Source of the DNA: an uncultured Pseudomonadales bacterium
GTDB lineage: Bacteria > Patescibacteriota > Microgenomatia > UBA1400 > PJMF01
Reading direction: 5' to 3'
DNA length: 64,000 bases
NCBI GenBank assembly: GCA_964556485.1
Contig: CAZKVV010000005.1
Span: 16,326-80,325 of the forward strand
Below are positions 10,250-22,800 of the stretch, one piece after another. A program made the translations under genes and the position numbers. The notes beneath the pieces are model-generated. The model worked only from the letters and a program-made list of their open reading frames with translations. It did no database searches and was not told the DNA's origin. Every line of letters begins with the position of its first letter. Within the stretch, counting starts at the first letter, position 1.

Positions 10250-11013
10250 TATTCTGCACTTTCAGTTTCTGCAACTTCCTCAGCTATTTGAGCAACAGCT
10301 TGCTCAGGAAGACCTGATGCTTTTCTGTCGAGCTCAACGTGCTTCTTTTTACCTGATTTTGAAATCTTAATATCACTCATAATAGATCCAGGAATTGGAC
10401 CACTAAGCCAAATTTCACCAGTTGATTCTTCGATATGAAGAACTACTAAACCAGCAACTGACTTAGCAACGTTACCGTAATGACCAGGCATTTTCTTACC
10501 CATCCACACACGACCGGGAGTTGTGCCTGCACCAATTGAGCCTACAGCACGTGCTCTATCCGATTGACCATGAGTTGCTGGACCACCATGGAAACCATGT
10601 TTCTTCATTGCACCTGCAAACCCACGACCTTTGATAAAACCTTGAACTGAGACTACATCTCCTACTTCGAGAATTGAAGCTAGCGAAACTTGCTGACCAA
10701 CTTCATACAAACTAGCATCTCCAAATACTCTCGCACCCTTTATGTTCTTAAAACCAGAAGAAAAGCCACTCTTTTCTAATCTAGCTCTGAGTGGCTTAGT
10801 CATATTCTTAAGTTTTTTTGCACCAAATCCAACTTCGAGAATTGTACAAGAAAGTTGTTCTCTTGTCTTACTATTCTTATCAAGTACTAGGGTTTCTTTT
10901 TTTCCAACAATATTATTAACACCAGCTTGAACTCTAGTTACAGCCAAGCGCTTGCCGTTCTTGGTCCAGGCTTGTGTCATTCCGATCTTGGTCACAAAAA
11001 AATCTGTTAGCAT
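10249..11013 (-). CDS. rplC: 50S ribosomal protein L3 with an acidic C-terminal extension of about 40 aa
   Basis: L3 core, then a tail QAVAQIAEEVAETESAE. Confidence 0.92.
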   Translation of the reverse strand: MLTDFFVTKIGMTQAWTKNGKRLAVTRVQAGVNNIVGKKETLVLDKNSKTREQLSCTILEVGFGAKKLKNMTKPLRARLEKSGFSSGFKNIKGARVFGDASLYEVGQQVSLASILEVGDVVSVQGFIKGRGFAGAMKKHGFHGGPATHGQSDRARAVGSIGAGTTPGRVWMGKKMPGHYGNVAKSVAGLVVLHIEESTGEIWLSGPIPGSIMSDIKISKSGKKKHVELDRKASGLPEQAVAQIAEEVAETESAE

Positions 11014-11126
11014 AGCAATATGTTTCTAGTTTTCTAAAGTCCGTATTTTGGTTTAGGCTCCTTTTAGTTGGCAGAGCGACTCCTTCTATTATCACTTTTG
11101 ATGACAATATTCTTGATATCCATAAA

Positions 11127-11456
11127 CTACATTTTAATCTGAATTGATACACCTGCAGGCAACTCTAAATGCATGAGCGAATCAATTGTTTTACTGGTAG
11201 GATTAACAATATCAATTAATCTCTTGTGAGTTTTAATATGATAGTGTTCTTGAGCATTTTTATCAGTATGTGGTGAAACTAACACGGCAAATTCTTTTTT
11301 ATCTGTAGGAAGCGGAACAGGTCCAACAACTTTAGCACCAGTTGAAAGTGCAGTCTCAAGAATCTTTCTACTTGCTGTATCTACAACCCTATGGTCGTAT
11401 GATTTAAGTCTTACTCTGATTGAGTACGTAGTTTGATTTGTTTGTTTCTTAGTCAT
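11127..11456 (-). CDS. rpsJ: 30S ribosomal protein S10
   Basis: Sequence similarity; it is the first gene of the S10 block. Confidence 0.92.
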   Translation of the reverse strand: MTKKQTNQTTYSIRVRLKSYDHRVVDTASRKILETALSTGAKVVGPVPLPTDKKEFAVLVSPHTDKNAQEHYHIKTHKRLIDIVNPTSKTIDSLMHLELPAGVSIQIKM

Positions 11457-11542
11457 ACTGTTAAAGAATGTTACCTACTATTTATTTTTTGCCCAAGGCA
11501 ATTAACCATAGGGCGAAATTATATACTATCCTCCCCGAGAAG

Positions 11543-11603
11543 TAAACCCCGCTTTTGATAAGAAAAGCGGGGTTTACCTCCCATCTTCATTACTGAAGAT
11601 GGA
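11543..11603 (-). terminator. Two tandem hairpins between tuf and rpsJ (ccatcttca-ttac-tgaagatgg and aaccccgcttttg-N-caaaagcggggtt); candidate terminator or attenuator
   Basis: Perfect inverted repeats seen directly. The T-run on the minus strand is weak. Confidence 0.45.
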
Positions 11604-11616
11604 AGGCACCTGTTAC

Positions 11617-12813
11617 TTATTTAATAACTTTTGTTATTGCGCCAGCACCAATGGTGTGCCCACCCTCGCGGATGGCGAATCGCAACCCTTCGTGGAGAGC
11701 AACTGGAGCAATGAGCTTAGCTGACATCTTAGCGTTGTCACCTGGCATGACCATTTCGACACCAGCTGGAAGTTGAATTTCTCCGGTAACGTCCGTAGTT
11801 CTAATATAGAACTGTGGTCTGTAACCTGGGAAGAAAGGCTTGTGACGACCACCTTCTTCTTTGGTTAAGATATACACTTCAGCTTCGAATTCTGTGTGTG
11901 GTTGAGCTGTGCCAGTCTTAGCCAAGACTTGACCACGTTCGACACCTTCTTTATCAACACCACGAAGCAAGATGCCAACGTTGTCACCAGCTTCACCTCT
12001 GTCAAGAAGTTTGCGGAACATTTCAACACCAGTAACTGTTGTTTTAGCAGTTGGTCTAATACCAACCATTTCAACTTCTTCACCGACTTTAACAACACCT
12101 GATTCAATACGACCTGTAACAACAGTTCCTCTTCCTTTAATTGAGAAAACATCCTCAATAGGCATAAGGAATGGCTTATCAAGATCGCGAACTGGATCTG
12201 GGATGTATGCATCAACAGTATTCATGAGTTCCATGATCTGCTTTTGAGCTTCGCCATCACCTTCGAGTGCTTTGAGAGCACTGACTCTGATTACTGGAGT
12301 TTCATCACCGTCGAAACCATATTTGGTAAGAAGTTCACGAACTTCCATTTCAACGAGGTCGAGAAGTTCTGCATCATCAACCATGTCACACTTGTTTAGA
12401 GCAACAACGACTTTTGGAACGTTCACCTGTTTAGCAAGGAGAATGTGCTCGCGAGTCTGTGGCATTGGACCATCAGTAGCAGCAACAACTAAGATTGCAC
12501 CGTCCATTTGAGCAGCACCAGTGATCATATTCTTGATGTAGTCAGCGTGACCTGGAGCATCAATATGAGCGTAGTGTCTCTTTTCGGTTTCATACTCAAT
12601 GTGTGAAATGTTAATAGTCACACCACGAGCTGCTTCTTCTGGAGCATTATCAATGTCTCCATAGCCCATAGCTTTGTTAATAGTTGACTTCACATTTGCT
12701 GCGAGCGTTGTTGTAATTGCTGCAGAAAGTGTTGTCTTTCCATGGTCGACGTGACCAATTGTACCAATATTGACGTGCTTTTTATCACGTACAAATTTTG
12801 CTGCATCTGCCAT
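11617..12813 (-). CDS. tuf: elongation factor Tu
   Basis: [10 protein letters not shown], DxPGH and NKxD motifs; 398 aa. Confidence 0.97.
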   Translation of the reverse strand: MADAAKFVRDKKHVNIGTIGHVDHGKTTLSAAITTTLAANVKSTINKAMGYGDIDNAPEEAARGVTINISHIEYETEKRHYAHIDAPGHADYIKNMITGAAQMDGAILVVAATDGPMPQTREHILLAKQVNVPKVVVALNKCDMVDDAELLDLVEMEVRELLTKYGFDGDETPVIRVSALKALEGDGEAQKQIMELMNTVDAYIPDPVRDLDKPFLMPIEDVFSIKGRGTVVTGRIESGVVKVGEEVEMVGIRPTAKTTVTGVEMFRKLLDRGEAGDNVGILLRGVDKEGVERGQVLAKTGTAQPHTEFEAEVYILTKEEGGRHKPFFPGYRPQFYIRTTDVTGEIQLPAGVEMVMPGDNAKMSAKLIAPVALHEGLRFAIREGGHTIGAGAITKVIK

Positions 12814-12894
12814 ATATGCCTCCTACTTTATTTATTTCTAACTCTTACTAACGAGTCTTCATTGTACTATGTTTACTGTCCACATGTCATCTAG

Positions 12895-15027
12895 TTATCG
12901 AACTTTTTGTTCATCGATAATCTTTTGAGTAATATTCTGTGGAACAATATCGTAATGACTTGGAAGCATTACTGAAGAAGCTCTGCCCTTAGTCATACTT
13001 CGAAGAATTGTAACATAGCCTTGCATCTCAGCCAATGGGGCGAGTGCTTTAATTATGACTACATTACCTCTGTTTGTCGTTCCTTGAATTTGAGCTCTAC
13101 GTGAACCCAAGTCTCCAATAACATCACCCATGTATTCTTCGGGAGTGGTAACTTCTACCTGCATGATAGGCTCGAGTAGAACCATCCCTGCCTGAGCAGT
13201 TGCATCACGCATAGCCAAAGAACCGGCCATCTTAAATGCTAATTCGTTTGAGTCAACTTCATGGTATGAACCATCATACAAAGTAGCTTGAACGTCAACC
13301 ATTGGGTAACCAGCCAAGAATCCACGTTCGAGTGCTTCTTGCATACCTTTATCTGTTGGCGTAATGTACTCGCGTGGAACAGTACCACCAGTGATTTCAT
13401 TCACAAACTCATATCCCAAACCTCTATCTCTTGGAGCAATACGAATCATGACGTGACCATATTGACCTCGGCCACCACTCTGTTTGATGTACTTACCTTC
13501 ACCTTCAGCTGCTTTGGTAATTGCTTCACGATATGCAACCTGTGGCGCACCTATATTAGCTTCGACCTTAAATTCACGTTTCATACGGTCAACGAGTATT
13601 TCCAAGTGCAACTCGCCCATACCACCAATAATGGTTTGTCCAGTTTCTGGGTTAGATTTAATAGCAAAGGTTGGATCTTCTTCAGAAAGTTTTGCCAGTG
13701 CCATTCCCATTTTTTCTTGGTCTGACTTAGTTTTTGGCTCAATTGCCAGCGATATAACTGGTTCAGCAAAGGTAATACCTTCGAGAATAATTGGATTTTC
13801 TTGTTCACACAATGTATCACCAGTCTTAGTACTCTTTAAACCTACCAAGGCAACAATCTCGCCAGCTCGAGCTTCAGTGATTTCTTCACGTTCGTTAGCA
13901 TGCATGAGCAAGATACGACCTACGCGCTCTTTTTCACCACGAACTGAGTTATAGATGTAACTACCCGCCTTGATGACGCCAGAATAAACTCGTGTGTAGG
14001 TAAGCTTACCTACATGTGGATCAGTTTGGATCTTAAAAGATAAACCGCTCATTTTTTCTTCTGGACGAAGCGCTCTTGTTTCCTCTTCTTTTGTCTTTGG
14101 GTTCTCACCGGTGATGTGGTCAACGTCAACTGGAGAGGGCAAGTACTCAACAACTGCATCAAGCATTGGTTGAACACCAGTATTCTTTAGTGATGAACCT
14201 GCAAAAATAGGAACGAGTTGATAACTAATAACAGCTTTTCGTAGTGCTGCCTTCAGTTCATTAATACTCATCTCTTCACCTGCAAAATACTTTTCTAGCA
14301 ATGTGTCGTCAGTTTCAGCAATCGCTTCAACGAGCTGAGCGCGAAGTTCTTCAACTTTTTCTAAATACTCTGCGGGAATTTCACGAACTTCTGGTTCTGT
14401 GTCAGCAGCGTTATCTTTCCAGTACAATGCTTTCCTTTCGAGCAACTGAATGGTGCCTCTAAAATCGACCTCAGAACCCATCGGTAAAACCATAACAGCT
14501 GGAACAACTCCAAACTTTACTTTTACATCTTCAATGGTTGCAAAAAAGTCAGCACCTAATTTGTCCATCTTGTTGATAAACACAATGCGTGGCACTTTAT
14601 ACTTATCCGCCTGTCTCCAGACAGTCTCAGACTGAGACTGAACTCCTTCTGAAGCATCAAGCACAGTAACGCCGCCATCAAGTACGCGGAGGCTACGCTC
14701 AACTTCTGCAGTAAAGTCTACGTGTCCTGGAGTGTCAATAATGTTGAAACGATATTGAGCTTTTTCTAAGTGTGTATCGAAGTGAGGAGTCCAAAACGTG
14801 GTGGTGGCTGCAGAAACGATAGTAATACCACGTTCTTGCTCTTGCGCCATCCAGTCCATGGTTGCTGCACCCTCATGCACTTCACCAATTTTATACGTTC
14901 TGCCAGTAAAATAGAGAATACGCTCGGTTGTTGTTGTCTTACCAGCATCAATATGTGCAATAATTCCAATATTCCTAATTCTTTCGAGTGGAATCTTATT
15001 TCTATCTGCATTCTGATCTGTTGCCAT
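12895..15027 (-). CDS. fusA: elongation factor G
   Basis: [17 protein letters not shown]; 710 aa. Confidence 0.97.
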   Translation of the reverse strand: MATDQNADRNKIPLERIRNIGIIAHIDAGKTTTTERILYFTGRTYKIGEVHEGAATMDWMAQEQERGITIVSAATTTFWTPHFDTHLEKAQYRFNIIDTPGHVDFTAEVERSLRVLDGGVTVLDASEGVQSQSETVWRQADKYKVPRIVFINKMDKLGADFFATIEDVKVKFGVVPAVMVLPMGSEVDFRGTIQLLERKALYWKDNAADTEPEVREIPAEYLEKVEELRAQLVEAIAETDDTLLEKYFAGEEMSINELKAALRKAVISYQLVPIFAGSSLKNTGVQPMLDAVVEYLPSPVDVDHITGENPKTKEEETRALRPEEKMSGLSFKIQTDPHVGKLTYTRVYSGVIKAGSYIYNSVRGEKERVGRILLMHANEREEITEARAGEIVALVGLKSTKTGDTLCEQENPIILEGITFAEPVISLAIEPKTKSDQEKMGMALAKLSEEDPTFAIKSNPETGQTIIGGMGELHLEILVDRMKREFKVEANIGAPQVAYREAITKAAEGEGKYIKQSGGRGQYGHVMIRIAPRDRGLGYEFVNEITGGTVPREYITPTDKGMQEALERGFLAGYPMVDVQATLYDGSYHEVDSNELAFKMAGSLAMRDATAQAGMVLLEPIMQVEVTTPEEYMGDVIGDLGSRRAQIQGTTNRGNVVIIKALAPLAEMQGYVTILRSMTKGRASSVMLPSHYDIVPQNITQKIIDEQKVR

Positions 15028-15065
15028 ATTACTCCTCAGTTAATACTGTTTTTGCTAAACCCAAG

Positions 15066-15087
15066 AAAAAGTCCCTAAGGACTTTTT
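15066..15087. terminator. Hairpin aaaaagtccc-taa-gggacttttt between rpsG and fusA, symmetric with an A-run and a T-run; possible attenuator
   Basis: Inverted repeat seen directly. Confidence 0.4.
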
Positions 15088-15139
15088 CTGTTGTGATAGC
15101 TTAGAAACTATCACTATACCAAACAAATACTGAACTTTC

Positions 15140-15616
15140 CTACCACCTAAAGTGTGAGAAAGCCTTGTTAGCCTCTGCCATACGATGTGAGGTGTTGCGC
15201 TTATTAATTGCGCCACCTTGCTCGCTAAGAACATCAATCATTTCAGCAACTAATTTCTCGGAAAAGGTGTGGTATTGTTTGCTTGAACGATTATTTGCTT
15301 CGATGATTAACCAACGAAGTGCTAGGGCGAAGCCTCTTCGAGGTCTGACTGGCATAGGAACTTGATAAGCAGCTCCACCCACTCTGCGTGAGCGAACTTC
15401 CATTTGTGGAGTCACAATGCGAAGAACTTCTTCGAATACATCGAGTGGTTTCTTATTAGTTGCTTCGGCAAGTGCTTCTAATGCCTGATATACCTGCTTT
15501 TGTGCAACTGATCGCTTACCATCCCTCATGGCATAGTTAACGAATTTTGCAACCTTTACCGAACCATATTTGCTGTCTGGCTCAACAATTCTGACTGGGG
15601 CTTTTTTAGTTCTCAT
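15140..15616 (-). CDS. rpsG: 30S ribosomal protein S7
   Basis: Sequence similarity and synteny. Confidence 0.94.
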   Translation of the reverse strand: MRTKKAPVRIVEPDSKYGSVKVAKFVNYAMRDGKRSVAQKQVYQALEALAEATNKKPLDVFEEVLRIVTPQMEVRSRRVGGAAYQVPMPVRPRRGFALALRWLIIEANNRSSKQYHTFSEKLVAEMIDVLSEQGGAINKRNTSHRMAEANKAFSHFRW

Positions 15617-15670
15617 GATAATTTCTTCTCCATTTGAATCAAATGAATACTTTCATGTGTGATGAAAGCG

Positions 15671-16081
15671 TTACGGACGCTTTACACCATACTTACTACG
15701 ACTTGTTTTTCTATTTGTTACACCGGCACAGTCATACTTGCCACGAACGATGTGATACTTCACACCAGGTAAGTCTTTGACTCTTCCGCCACGGACTAAA
15801 ACGACACTGTGTTCTGCTAAGTTGTGACCTTCACCTGAAATGTAGGCTGTAACTTCCATCTTATTTGAAAGACGAACGCGCGCAACCTTACGGAGCGCTG
15901 AGTTAGGTTTCTTAGGAGTCATGGTTTTAACCACAGTACACACACCTCTTTTTTGAGGATTACGCGTTGAGACAGACTGTGTTGTATTCGAGTTATAACT
16001 ACGACGAAGAGCCGTGGCTTTAATGCGTTTAGGATTCGATCTTCTTCCGCCTTTTCGAATAAGTTGATTAATTGTTGGCAT
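15671..16081 (-). CDS. rpsL: 30S ribosomal protein S12
   Basis: Sequence similarity and synteny. Confidence 0.95.
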   Translation of the reverse strand: MPTINQLIRKGGRRSNPKRIKATALRRSYNSNTTQSVSTRNPQKRGVCTVVKTMTPKKPNSALRKVARVRLSNKMEVTAYISGEGHNLAEHSVVLVRGGRVKDLPGVKYHIVRGKYDCAGVTNRKTSRSKYGVKRP

Positions 16082-16117
16082 GTACTACTATTTCCTTCTA
16101 CTTTTTCGTGAACGCCG

Positions 16118-16150
16118 ATTATATCACAAGCTTGAGGATAACTGACAGAG
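16118..16150 (-). promoter_or_regulatory. Candidate sigma70-type promoter for rpsL-rpsG-fusA with an extended -10 TGaTATAAT (minus strand); GAAGGAAA RBS 10 nt before the rpsL ATG
   Basis: Reverse complement of 16118-16128 reads tgtgatataat. The -35 is weak and overlaps the rpoC 3' hairpin (gaggataactg/cagttatcctc, 16135-16166). Confidence 0.5.
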
Positions 16151-16174
16151 CCAGTTATCCTCAGACTCGGCTTG

Positions 16175-19100
16175 TTACACTTCTATTTGAGCTCTTTCCT
16201 TACTAGTTGGGATTAAACGACCAATAATAACGTTTTCTTTTAGTCCTTCGAGGTAGTCAATTGCACCTGAAGCTGCTGCATCGGTCAACACATTTTTAGT
16301 GTGTTGGAATGATGCTGCAGACAACCATGAAGTAGTAAAGAGTGACGACCTGGTAATACCGAGGAATAACACTTTAGCTGTTGCTGGTTCACCACCGGCA
16401 GCCATTACTTCATCATTGACCTCGATAAACTTGTTGCGCTCTGTTACTTCACCTGTCAAGAAATCCGTATCACCAGAAGACTCAATCTGCACTTTGTCAC
16501 TCATCTTTCTTAAGATAACTTCAAAATGTTTGTCGTGAATAGGAATACCTTGAGACTCGTACACAGCCTGGACTTGATCAATCACATACTTTTGAGCTGT
16601 GAGTAAACCACCAACCTGCATAAGCTCTTTTATGTTGATAGATCCAATAGTTAATTGTTGACCTACGCTCACCAAATCACCTTCTGCAACTTCTAGGTGT
16701 GTATTCTCTGCAACTATGTAACTTACTTCCTCTACAGGCGTACTTGTAGAACGAACTCTGATTTCAAGCTTACCATCTTCATTGGTGATGGCAACCTTAC
16801 CAGCAACTTCAGAAATAATTGCTTGTGTTTTTGGAGTTCTAGCTTCAAGTAATTCTTCGACACGAGGTAAACCTTGAGTCACATCACCACCCACGATACC
16901 ACCTTTATGCTTAGTACGCATTGTAAGCTGTGTACCAGGTTCGCCAATTGACTGAGCGGCAACGATACCTACTGGCACACCAATCTCAATCTCTTTTCTG
17001 GTGCTAAAGTCCCATCCGTAACACTTGGCACACATTCCTTTTGGAGCTTCGCAAGTAAGCGGTGAGTACACTGCTATGTTGTCAACTTCTAAGGCTGCGA
17101 TCTCGTTTGAGAGTTCTGCTGTAATTACGTCACCAACTTTAGCTACAATCTTGTTACCATTTTTGACATCTTGTGCCAAGAAACGGCCAACAATTCTGGT
17201 TGCAAAGACTTCACTACGTCCAGCACGGGTAATCTCAATGTGTTTTTGTGTTCCACAGTCTTGGAGACGAATGATGACATCATGAGCAACGTCACAGAGT
17301 CTTCGAGTAAGGTATCCAGCGTCTGCAGTTTTAATAGCAGAGTCAGTAAGACCTTTTCTAGAACCACGAGCTGAAGTCACGTATTCAAAGATTGTCAGAC
17401 CTTCACGGAAGTTAGACTTTGTTGGCATTTCCACGATGTTACCAAGTGGATCAACAACGAGTCCTCTCATAGCAGCGAGCTGCTTAACCTGGTCTTTAGA
17501 GGCGCGAGTACCACCTGATTCGATGATGACTTTAACTGCATTGCTCTCATGGTAAGATTTCCATGTCTTTTCAGCAATTTCGTCGGTTGTAGCAATCCAG
17601 ACATCAAATGCTAACTTCTTACGTTCTTCACCAGAGATCATACCTTCAAAGTACTGTTCCTGAATGTTCTCGACCTGTTTGTTTGCTTTGACAATGATTT
17701 CAGCTTTTTCTTCAATCATTTCACAGTCTGAAACAGATACGGACAGACCAGAAACGGTTGCGGCTTTAAAACCAAGGTCTTTGATAGCGTCAATAAGTGG
17801 TGCGATGGTTTCATTGGCATCATTCTTGATTGCATCAGTAACAATAGTCTTAATCTTCTTAGCAGTGATTGCCTCATTCATGAAAGGTAATCCGGCTGGA
17901 AGCAGATCATTGAACTCTAAACGGCCTACTGTTGTCTCCACAATTTCACCGCTATCAAGTCTGACAGTAATTGGCTGTCTCAACTGGATCAGGCGAATTT
18001 GATATGCATGGTACGCTTCTTCTTTCGAAGAGAACACTGTTGGGAATTTTCCTAAAGCTGCATCAATGACAGTGTGATAGTAAGTACCCATAGCCATTTC
18101 CTTATTTGGAATGGTAATAGGTTCACCATTTGCTGGCTTGAGCAAGTTTTTGGTTGCCATCATCAAGTCGCAAGCTTCTTGTTGTGCTTCTTTGGTTAAA
18201 GGAACGTGAACAGCCATTTGGTCACCGTCAAAGTCAGCGTTATACCCTGAACAGACAGCAGGATGCAAACGAATAGCGTTTCCCTCAATAAGAATAGGGA
18301 AGAATGCCTGCATACCCAATTTGTGCAGTGTTGGTGCACGGTTAAGGATAACGGGATGATTTTGTGTAACTTCTTCAAGAATACCGTAAACAACTGGTTC
18401 TCTTCTATCAATAAGGTGACGAGCACTCTTAACGTTTGGAGCAGTTCCCTTGGTGATAAGTTCACGAAGGACATATGGCTTGAAGATCTCAAGCGCCATG
18501 TCTTTTGGCAAACCACACTCATTAAGTTTGAGCTCAGGACCCACAACGATAACTGAACGACCAGAATAGTCAACACGTTTACCCAACAAGTTTTGGCGGA
18601 AACGTCCTTGCTTTCCCTTCAACATCTCAGAGAGAGATTTGAGAGGTCTTCTGTTTGTCCTTCTTCTAGATTGTCGTGCGCCACTACTGTCGATTAAAGA
18701 GTCAACAGCTTCTTGGAGCATGCGCTTTTCATTACGTAAGATGATCTCTGGAGCACCTAAATCGATCAAATGCTTAAGACGGTTGTTACGGTTGATAACT
18801 CTTCGATAGAGGTCATTAAGGTCTGAAGTTGCAAATCTACCGCCTGACAACTGAACCATAGGTCGGAGGTCTGGAGGGATAACTGGCAATATTGACATGA
18901 ACATCCACTCAGCTTCAATTGCAGCCTTGCGAAGTCCTTCAACAACTCTGAGTCTCTTAACAGCCTTGAGCCTTTTTGCACCTTTGCTCTCCGCCATCTC
19001 GTCACGCAACTTGTCTACGAGAATATCCAGATCAATGAGTCTGACCATCTCTAAAATAGCTTCAGCACCCATACCAACTCGCAAGTGATCGATTGCATCA

Positions 19101-19861
19101 TACTCATCAAGCTTTAGGTATTCATCTTCAGTAAGAATAGTGCCACGACTAATTTTCTTGACCATCGATTTCACTTGCTTGTAGATTTCTTCTGTCTGGT
19201 CTAATTGAACTTCTAACTGTTGTTTTAAAGCAACGAGTTTGTTCTTTGCCTTAAGGTCAAGTTCTGTCACCTTAAGTTGCATAGTCTCTTTGTTAGTGAC
19301 CTTTTCCTTAAGATTTTCTTTTTCCTTAACCAAAACATCCTTGATGTCTTCCATCTGCTTTTTACTTGCAGCTTTAAGATCATCTTGTGCGGCTACCAAA
19401 TCGACGTCGAGTCTTTCAACAATCTCAACCTTTTCATCAGCTTCAACATCAAGTACTAAGTACTTTGAGAAGTAGATGATTGAGTTAAGGTTTCTTGGTG
19501 AAATGTCGAGCAATAAAGACAATTTAGATGGAGCACCCTTGAAGTACCAGATGTGAGCAACCGGAGCTGCGAGAGTGATGTGACCCATGCGTTCACGTCG
19601 AACTTTGGCTTGAGTTACCTCAACACCACACTTATCACAAATAATACCTTTATAACGAATACGTTTATACTTACCACAGTAACATTCGTAGTCTTTAATA
19701 GGACCAAAGATTTTTTCATCAAACAAACCATCTTTTTCTGCCTTCAGCGAGCGATAGTTGATTGTTTCAGGTTTTCTGACTTCTCCATGAGACCAAGACT
19801 TGATTGTATCTGGTGAAGCAATCCTAATTTCTAAAGCTGAAAAGTTTGTAATGTTTCCCAT
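16175..19861 (-). CDS. rpoC: DNA-directed RNA polymerase subunit beta'
   Basis: 1228 aa with a zinc finger CxxC...CxxC and an NADFDGD catalytic motif. Confidence 0.97.
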   Translation of the reverse strand: MGNITNFSALEIRIASPDTIKSWSHGEVRKPETINYRSLKAEKDGLFDEKIFGPIKDYECYCGKYKRIRYKGIICDKCGVEVTQAKVRRERMGHITLAAPVAHIWYFKGAPSKLSLLLDISPRNLNSIIYFSKYLVLDVEADEKVEIVERLDVDLVAAQDDLKAASKKQMEDIKDVLVKEKENLKEKVTNKETMQLKVTELDLKAKNKLVALKQQLEVQLDQTEEIYKQVKSMVKKISRGTILTEDEYLKLDEYDAIDHLRVGMGAEAILEMVRLIDLDILVDKLRDEMAESKGAKRLKAVKRLRVVEGLRKAAIEAEWMFMSILPVIPPDLRPMVQLSGGRFATSDLNDLYRRVINRNNRLKHLIDLGAPEIILRNEKRMLQEAVDSLIDSSGARQSRRRTNRRPLKSLSEMLKGKQGRFRQNLLGKRVDYSGRSVIVVGPELKLNECGLPKDMALEIFKPYVLRELITKGTAPNVKSARHLIDRREPVVYGILEEVTQNHPVILNRAPTLHKLGMQAFFPILIEGNAIRLHPAVCSGYNADFDGDQMAVHVPLTKEAQQEACDLMMATKNLLKPANGEPITIPNKEMAMGTYYHTVIDAALGKFPTVFSSKEEAYHAYQIRLIQLRQPITVRLDSGEIVETTVGRLEFNDLLPAGLPFMNEAITAKKIKTIVTDAIKNDANETIAPLIDAIKDLGFKAATVSGLSVSVSDCEMIEEKAEIIVKANKQVENIQEQYFEGMISGEERKKLAFDVWIATTDEIAEKTWKSYHESNAVKVIIESGGTRASKDQVKQLAAMRGLVVDPLGNIVEMPTKSNFREGLTIFEYVTSARGSRKGLTDSAIKTADAGYLTRRLCDVAHDVIIRLQDCGTQKHIEITRAGRSEVFATRIVGRFLAQDVKNGNKIVAKVGDVITAELSNEIAALEVDNIAVYSPLTCEAPKGMCAKCYGWDFSTRKEIEIGVPVGIVAAQSIGEPGTQLTMRTKHKGGIVGGDVTQGLPRVEELLEARTPKTQAIISEVAGKVAITNEDGKLEIRVRSTSTPVEEVSYIVAENTHLEVAEGDLVSVGQQLTIGSINIKELMQVGGLLTAQKYVIDQVQAVYESQGIPIHDKHFEVILRKMSDKVQIESSGDTDFLTGEVTERNKFIEVNDEVMAAGGEPATAKVLFLGITRSSLFTTSWLSAASFQHTKNVLTDAAASGAIDYLEGLKENVIIGRLIPTSKERAQIEV

Positions 19862-19873
19862 AATCAGTTCTCC

Positions 19874-22800
19874 TTATGCTTCGTCTTCCTCAGTAGTTTC
19901 TAACTCGTCAACTGAGATATCAGTGTCCTCTGCAGGAACAACTTCAATCTCATCGCCGTCTGGATCGATCGTTTCTTCAATTCCGGCTGCAGCTTCTAAT
20001 TCTGCCATTTCTTCTGGGGTAATCTCAACTTTTTCTTCGATTATTTCCTCAAGAACAGCTTCATGTGGAACAACATCGATACCAAGTGAGTTAAGCTCGC
20101 GCATCAGCACTCTAAATGATTCTGGAACTGTTGGAGCTGGAATATCCAAGCCCTTCACAATTGCTTCAAAAGCTTTCGCTCTGCCCATAACGTCGTCAGA
20201 CTTAATGGTAAGCATTTCCTGCAGAATGTGTGCTGCTCTATGTGCTTCAAGTGCCCAGACTTCCATTTCTCCCAAACGCTGTCCACCCATCTGGGCTTTA
20301 CCACCCAAAGGTTGTTGCGTAACTAAAGAGTATGGACCGGTTGAACGTGCGTGCATCTTATCTTCCACCATGTGTGAAAGTTTTAGGATGTACCCAATAC
20401 CAACGGTTGTCTCTTCACCAAACTGCTCTCCAGTTCGACCATCGAAAAGTTGTGCTTTACCAGAAACTGGCAAACCAGCTCTCTCGAGCTCATTCCAGAT
20501 TCTACTTTCTTCAAACTTCTCGAAAGCTGGAACAGCAATGTTGTATCCAAGCTTGGAAGCTGCCCAACCCGCATGAGCTTCGAACAACTGTCCAAGGTTC
20601 ATACGAGCGAGAACTGAAAGTGGTGAAATAACAATGTCGACTGGAGTACCATCTTCAAGATGTGGCATGTCAGCAGAAGGAACGATCTTAGAGATAACAC
20701 CCTTGTTACCATGACGTCCTGCCAACTTGTCACCTACAGTGATTTTTCTCAACTGAGCAACTTTGACGGTTACTTCTTTAAGCGTACCTGGATCGAGTTC
20801 GTCACCAAGATCGCTGTCAAGAATTTGCACATCAATAACAATTCCTTGCTCACCATGTGGCAAACGTACTGAAGTGTCACGAACTTCTCGAGATTTCTCA
20901 CCAAAGATAGCTCTGAGCAATCTCTCTTCTGGAGTTAGCTCTGTTTCACCTTTTGGAGCAATCTTACCAACAAGGATGTCGCCAGCGGTAACAACGCTAC
21001 CTACACGGATAATTCCGTCTGGAGTAAGGTTTGAAAGATACACTTCTGAAACATTTGGAATGTCATTAGTGAGCTCTTCTGGACCTAACTTAGTGTCCAT
21101 GACTTTGGCTTTGTGCTCGTTGATTTGGATAGAAGTGAGTGTGTCATCCTTAACCAAACGGTCAGAGATCACGATAGCGTCTTCATATCCAAGACCATCA
21201 AATGAAGCATACGCAATTAAAAGGTTAGTACCTAGTGAAAGTTCACCATGATCTGCTGAAGGACCGTCAATGATAACGTCACCCTTCTTGATTTCATCAC
21301 CGAGCGAAACGATTGGTGTTTGTGAGTAACAAGTACTTTGTGAAGTTCTTACAAATTTCTGCACAAAATAGGTTTCTTCGTTACCATCAATGAGTGAAAT
21401 TTCATCGCCAGCTGTATCAGCAAATTCTGTTGCATCTGCTTTTGATAATGTAATGACTACTTTGTTACCATCTACATATGAAACGGTACCAGCATGTCGA
21501 GCTTCAACGGTTCTTCCCATTGAAACTGCAACTGAACGCTCCATACCAGTTCCAACGATTGGAGCTTGTGGCTTTACAAGAGGCACTGCTTGACACTGCA
21601 TATGGGTACCCATCAAAGCACGGTTAGCTTCGTCATGAGCAATAAATGGAATAAGTGATGCTGAAGTACCAATCACCTGACGTGGAACAACGTCGATGTA
21701 TTGCGCATCTTTGACATTACCTTCAATAAAGGTGTTCATATAGCGCATTGGGATCCACTCGCTTTGAATCACACCCTTAGCGTCTATTTCAATACTTGCA
21801 TGAGTAATTCTGTAATCTTCTTCTTCATCAGCTGAAAGGTAAACTACTTCATCTTGAACAACCATCTCACCGTTAGCTTCTTTGACAGGTCGATATGGTG
21901 CTTCTAAGAATCCAAAGTCATTTACTCTAGCATAGAGTGAAAGATACGTCACCAAACCAATGTTTGGACCTTCTGGCGAACGAACTGGGTCAATTCTAGA
22001 ATATTGAGACGCATTGATGTCGCGCATCGAGAAAGATGCGCGCTCTCTGGTAACACCGCCTGTACCCATAACTGATAATCTACGAAGATTATCAATTTCT
22101 GAGAGAGGATTGGTTTGATCTAAAATAGTTGAAAGTCTATTTCTTCTAAAGAACTCTGAAATTGTTGCAATGAGTGGACGAGCATTGACCAAAGCAGCTG
22201 GAGTAAGGACTTCATCAGTCTTAGTAAGTGACATCTTTTCTCTGATTGATCGCTCTAATCTAATTAAACCAATTCTGAATGCCGAATCTTTAACCAACTC
22301 ACCAATTTGGCGAACTCGACGGTTACTCAAGTGGTCAATATCATCAAGTTTGCCAACTCCGTTTTGAAGTTTAATTAGGTAAGAAACAGTAGCTAAAATG
22401 TCTTCTTTTGTAAGGATCGTAGTGTTGAGGTCAACAGAGACGCCCAAGCGTCTGTTTAATTTGTAACGACCCACTCTGTCTAAGTTATAACGTCTGTCAT
22501 CGAAGAAAAGCTGCTTGAGGTACTCAAGTGCATTATCGAGCACTGCCGGTTCACCAGGGCGCATCTTTTCATAAATTTCGATGAGAGCTTCTTCTTTTGT
22601 TTTTGAAACGTCTTTTTGAATAGTGTTCTCAACAAGATTGAGTTGGTCAATACCAATTGCTTCTTTAAGAGCCTCACGAATTTCATCATCTGAACTGTAA
22701 CCAACTGCTCTAAGTAGAACAGTTACTGGCATTTTGCGTCTTCTGTCAATCTTAACAGTCATCACATCACGCTTACCTACAGTCATTTCAATCCATGAGC

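Noticed and set aside
16175-19861. Possible lineage-specific insertion (coiled-coil, residues about 150-260) in RpoC
   Set aside because: The total length (1228 aa) is within the normal range for Gram-positive beta' subunits. An insertion cannot be supported without an alignment.
19800-20576. 258-aa + strand ORF (Ser/Thr-rich)
   Set aside because: Lies entirely antisense within rpoB/rpoC, and its low-complexity composition is typical of a shadow ORF.
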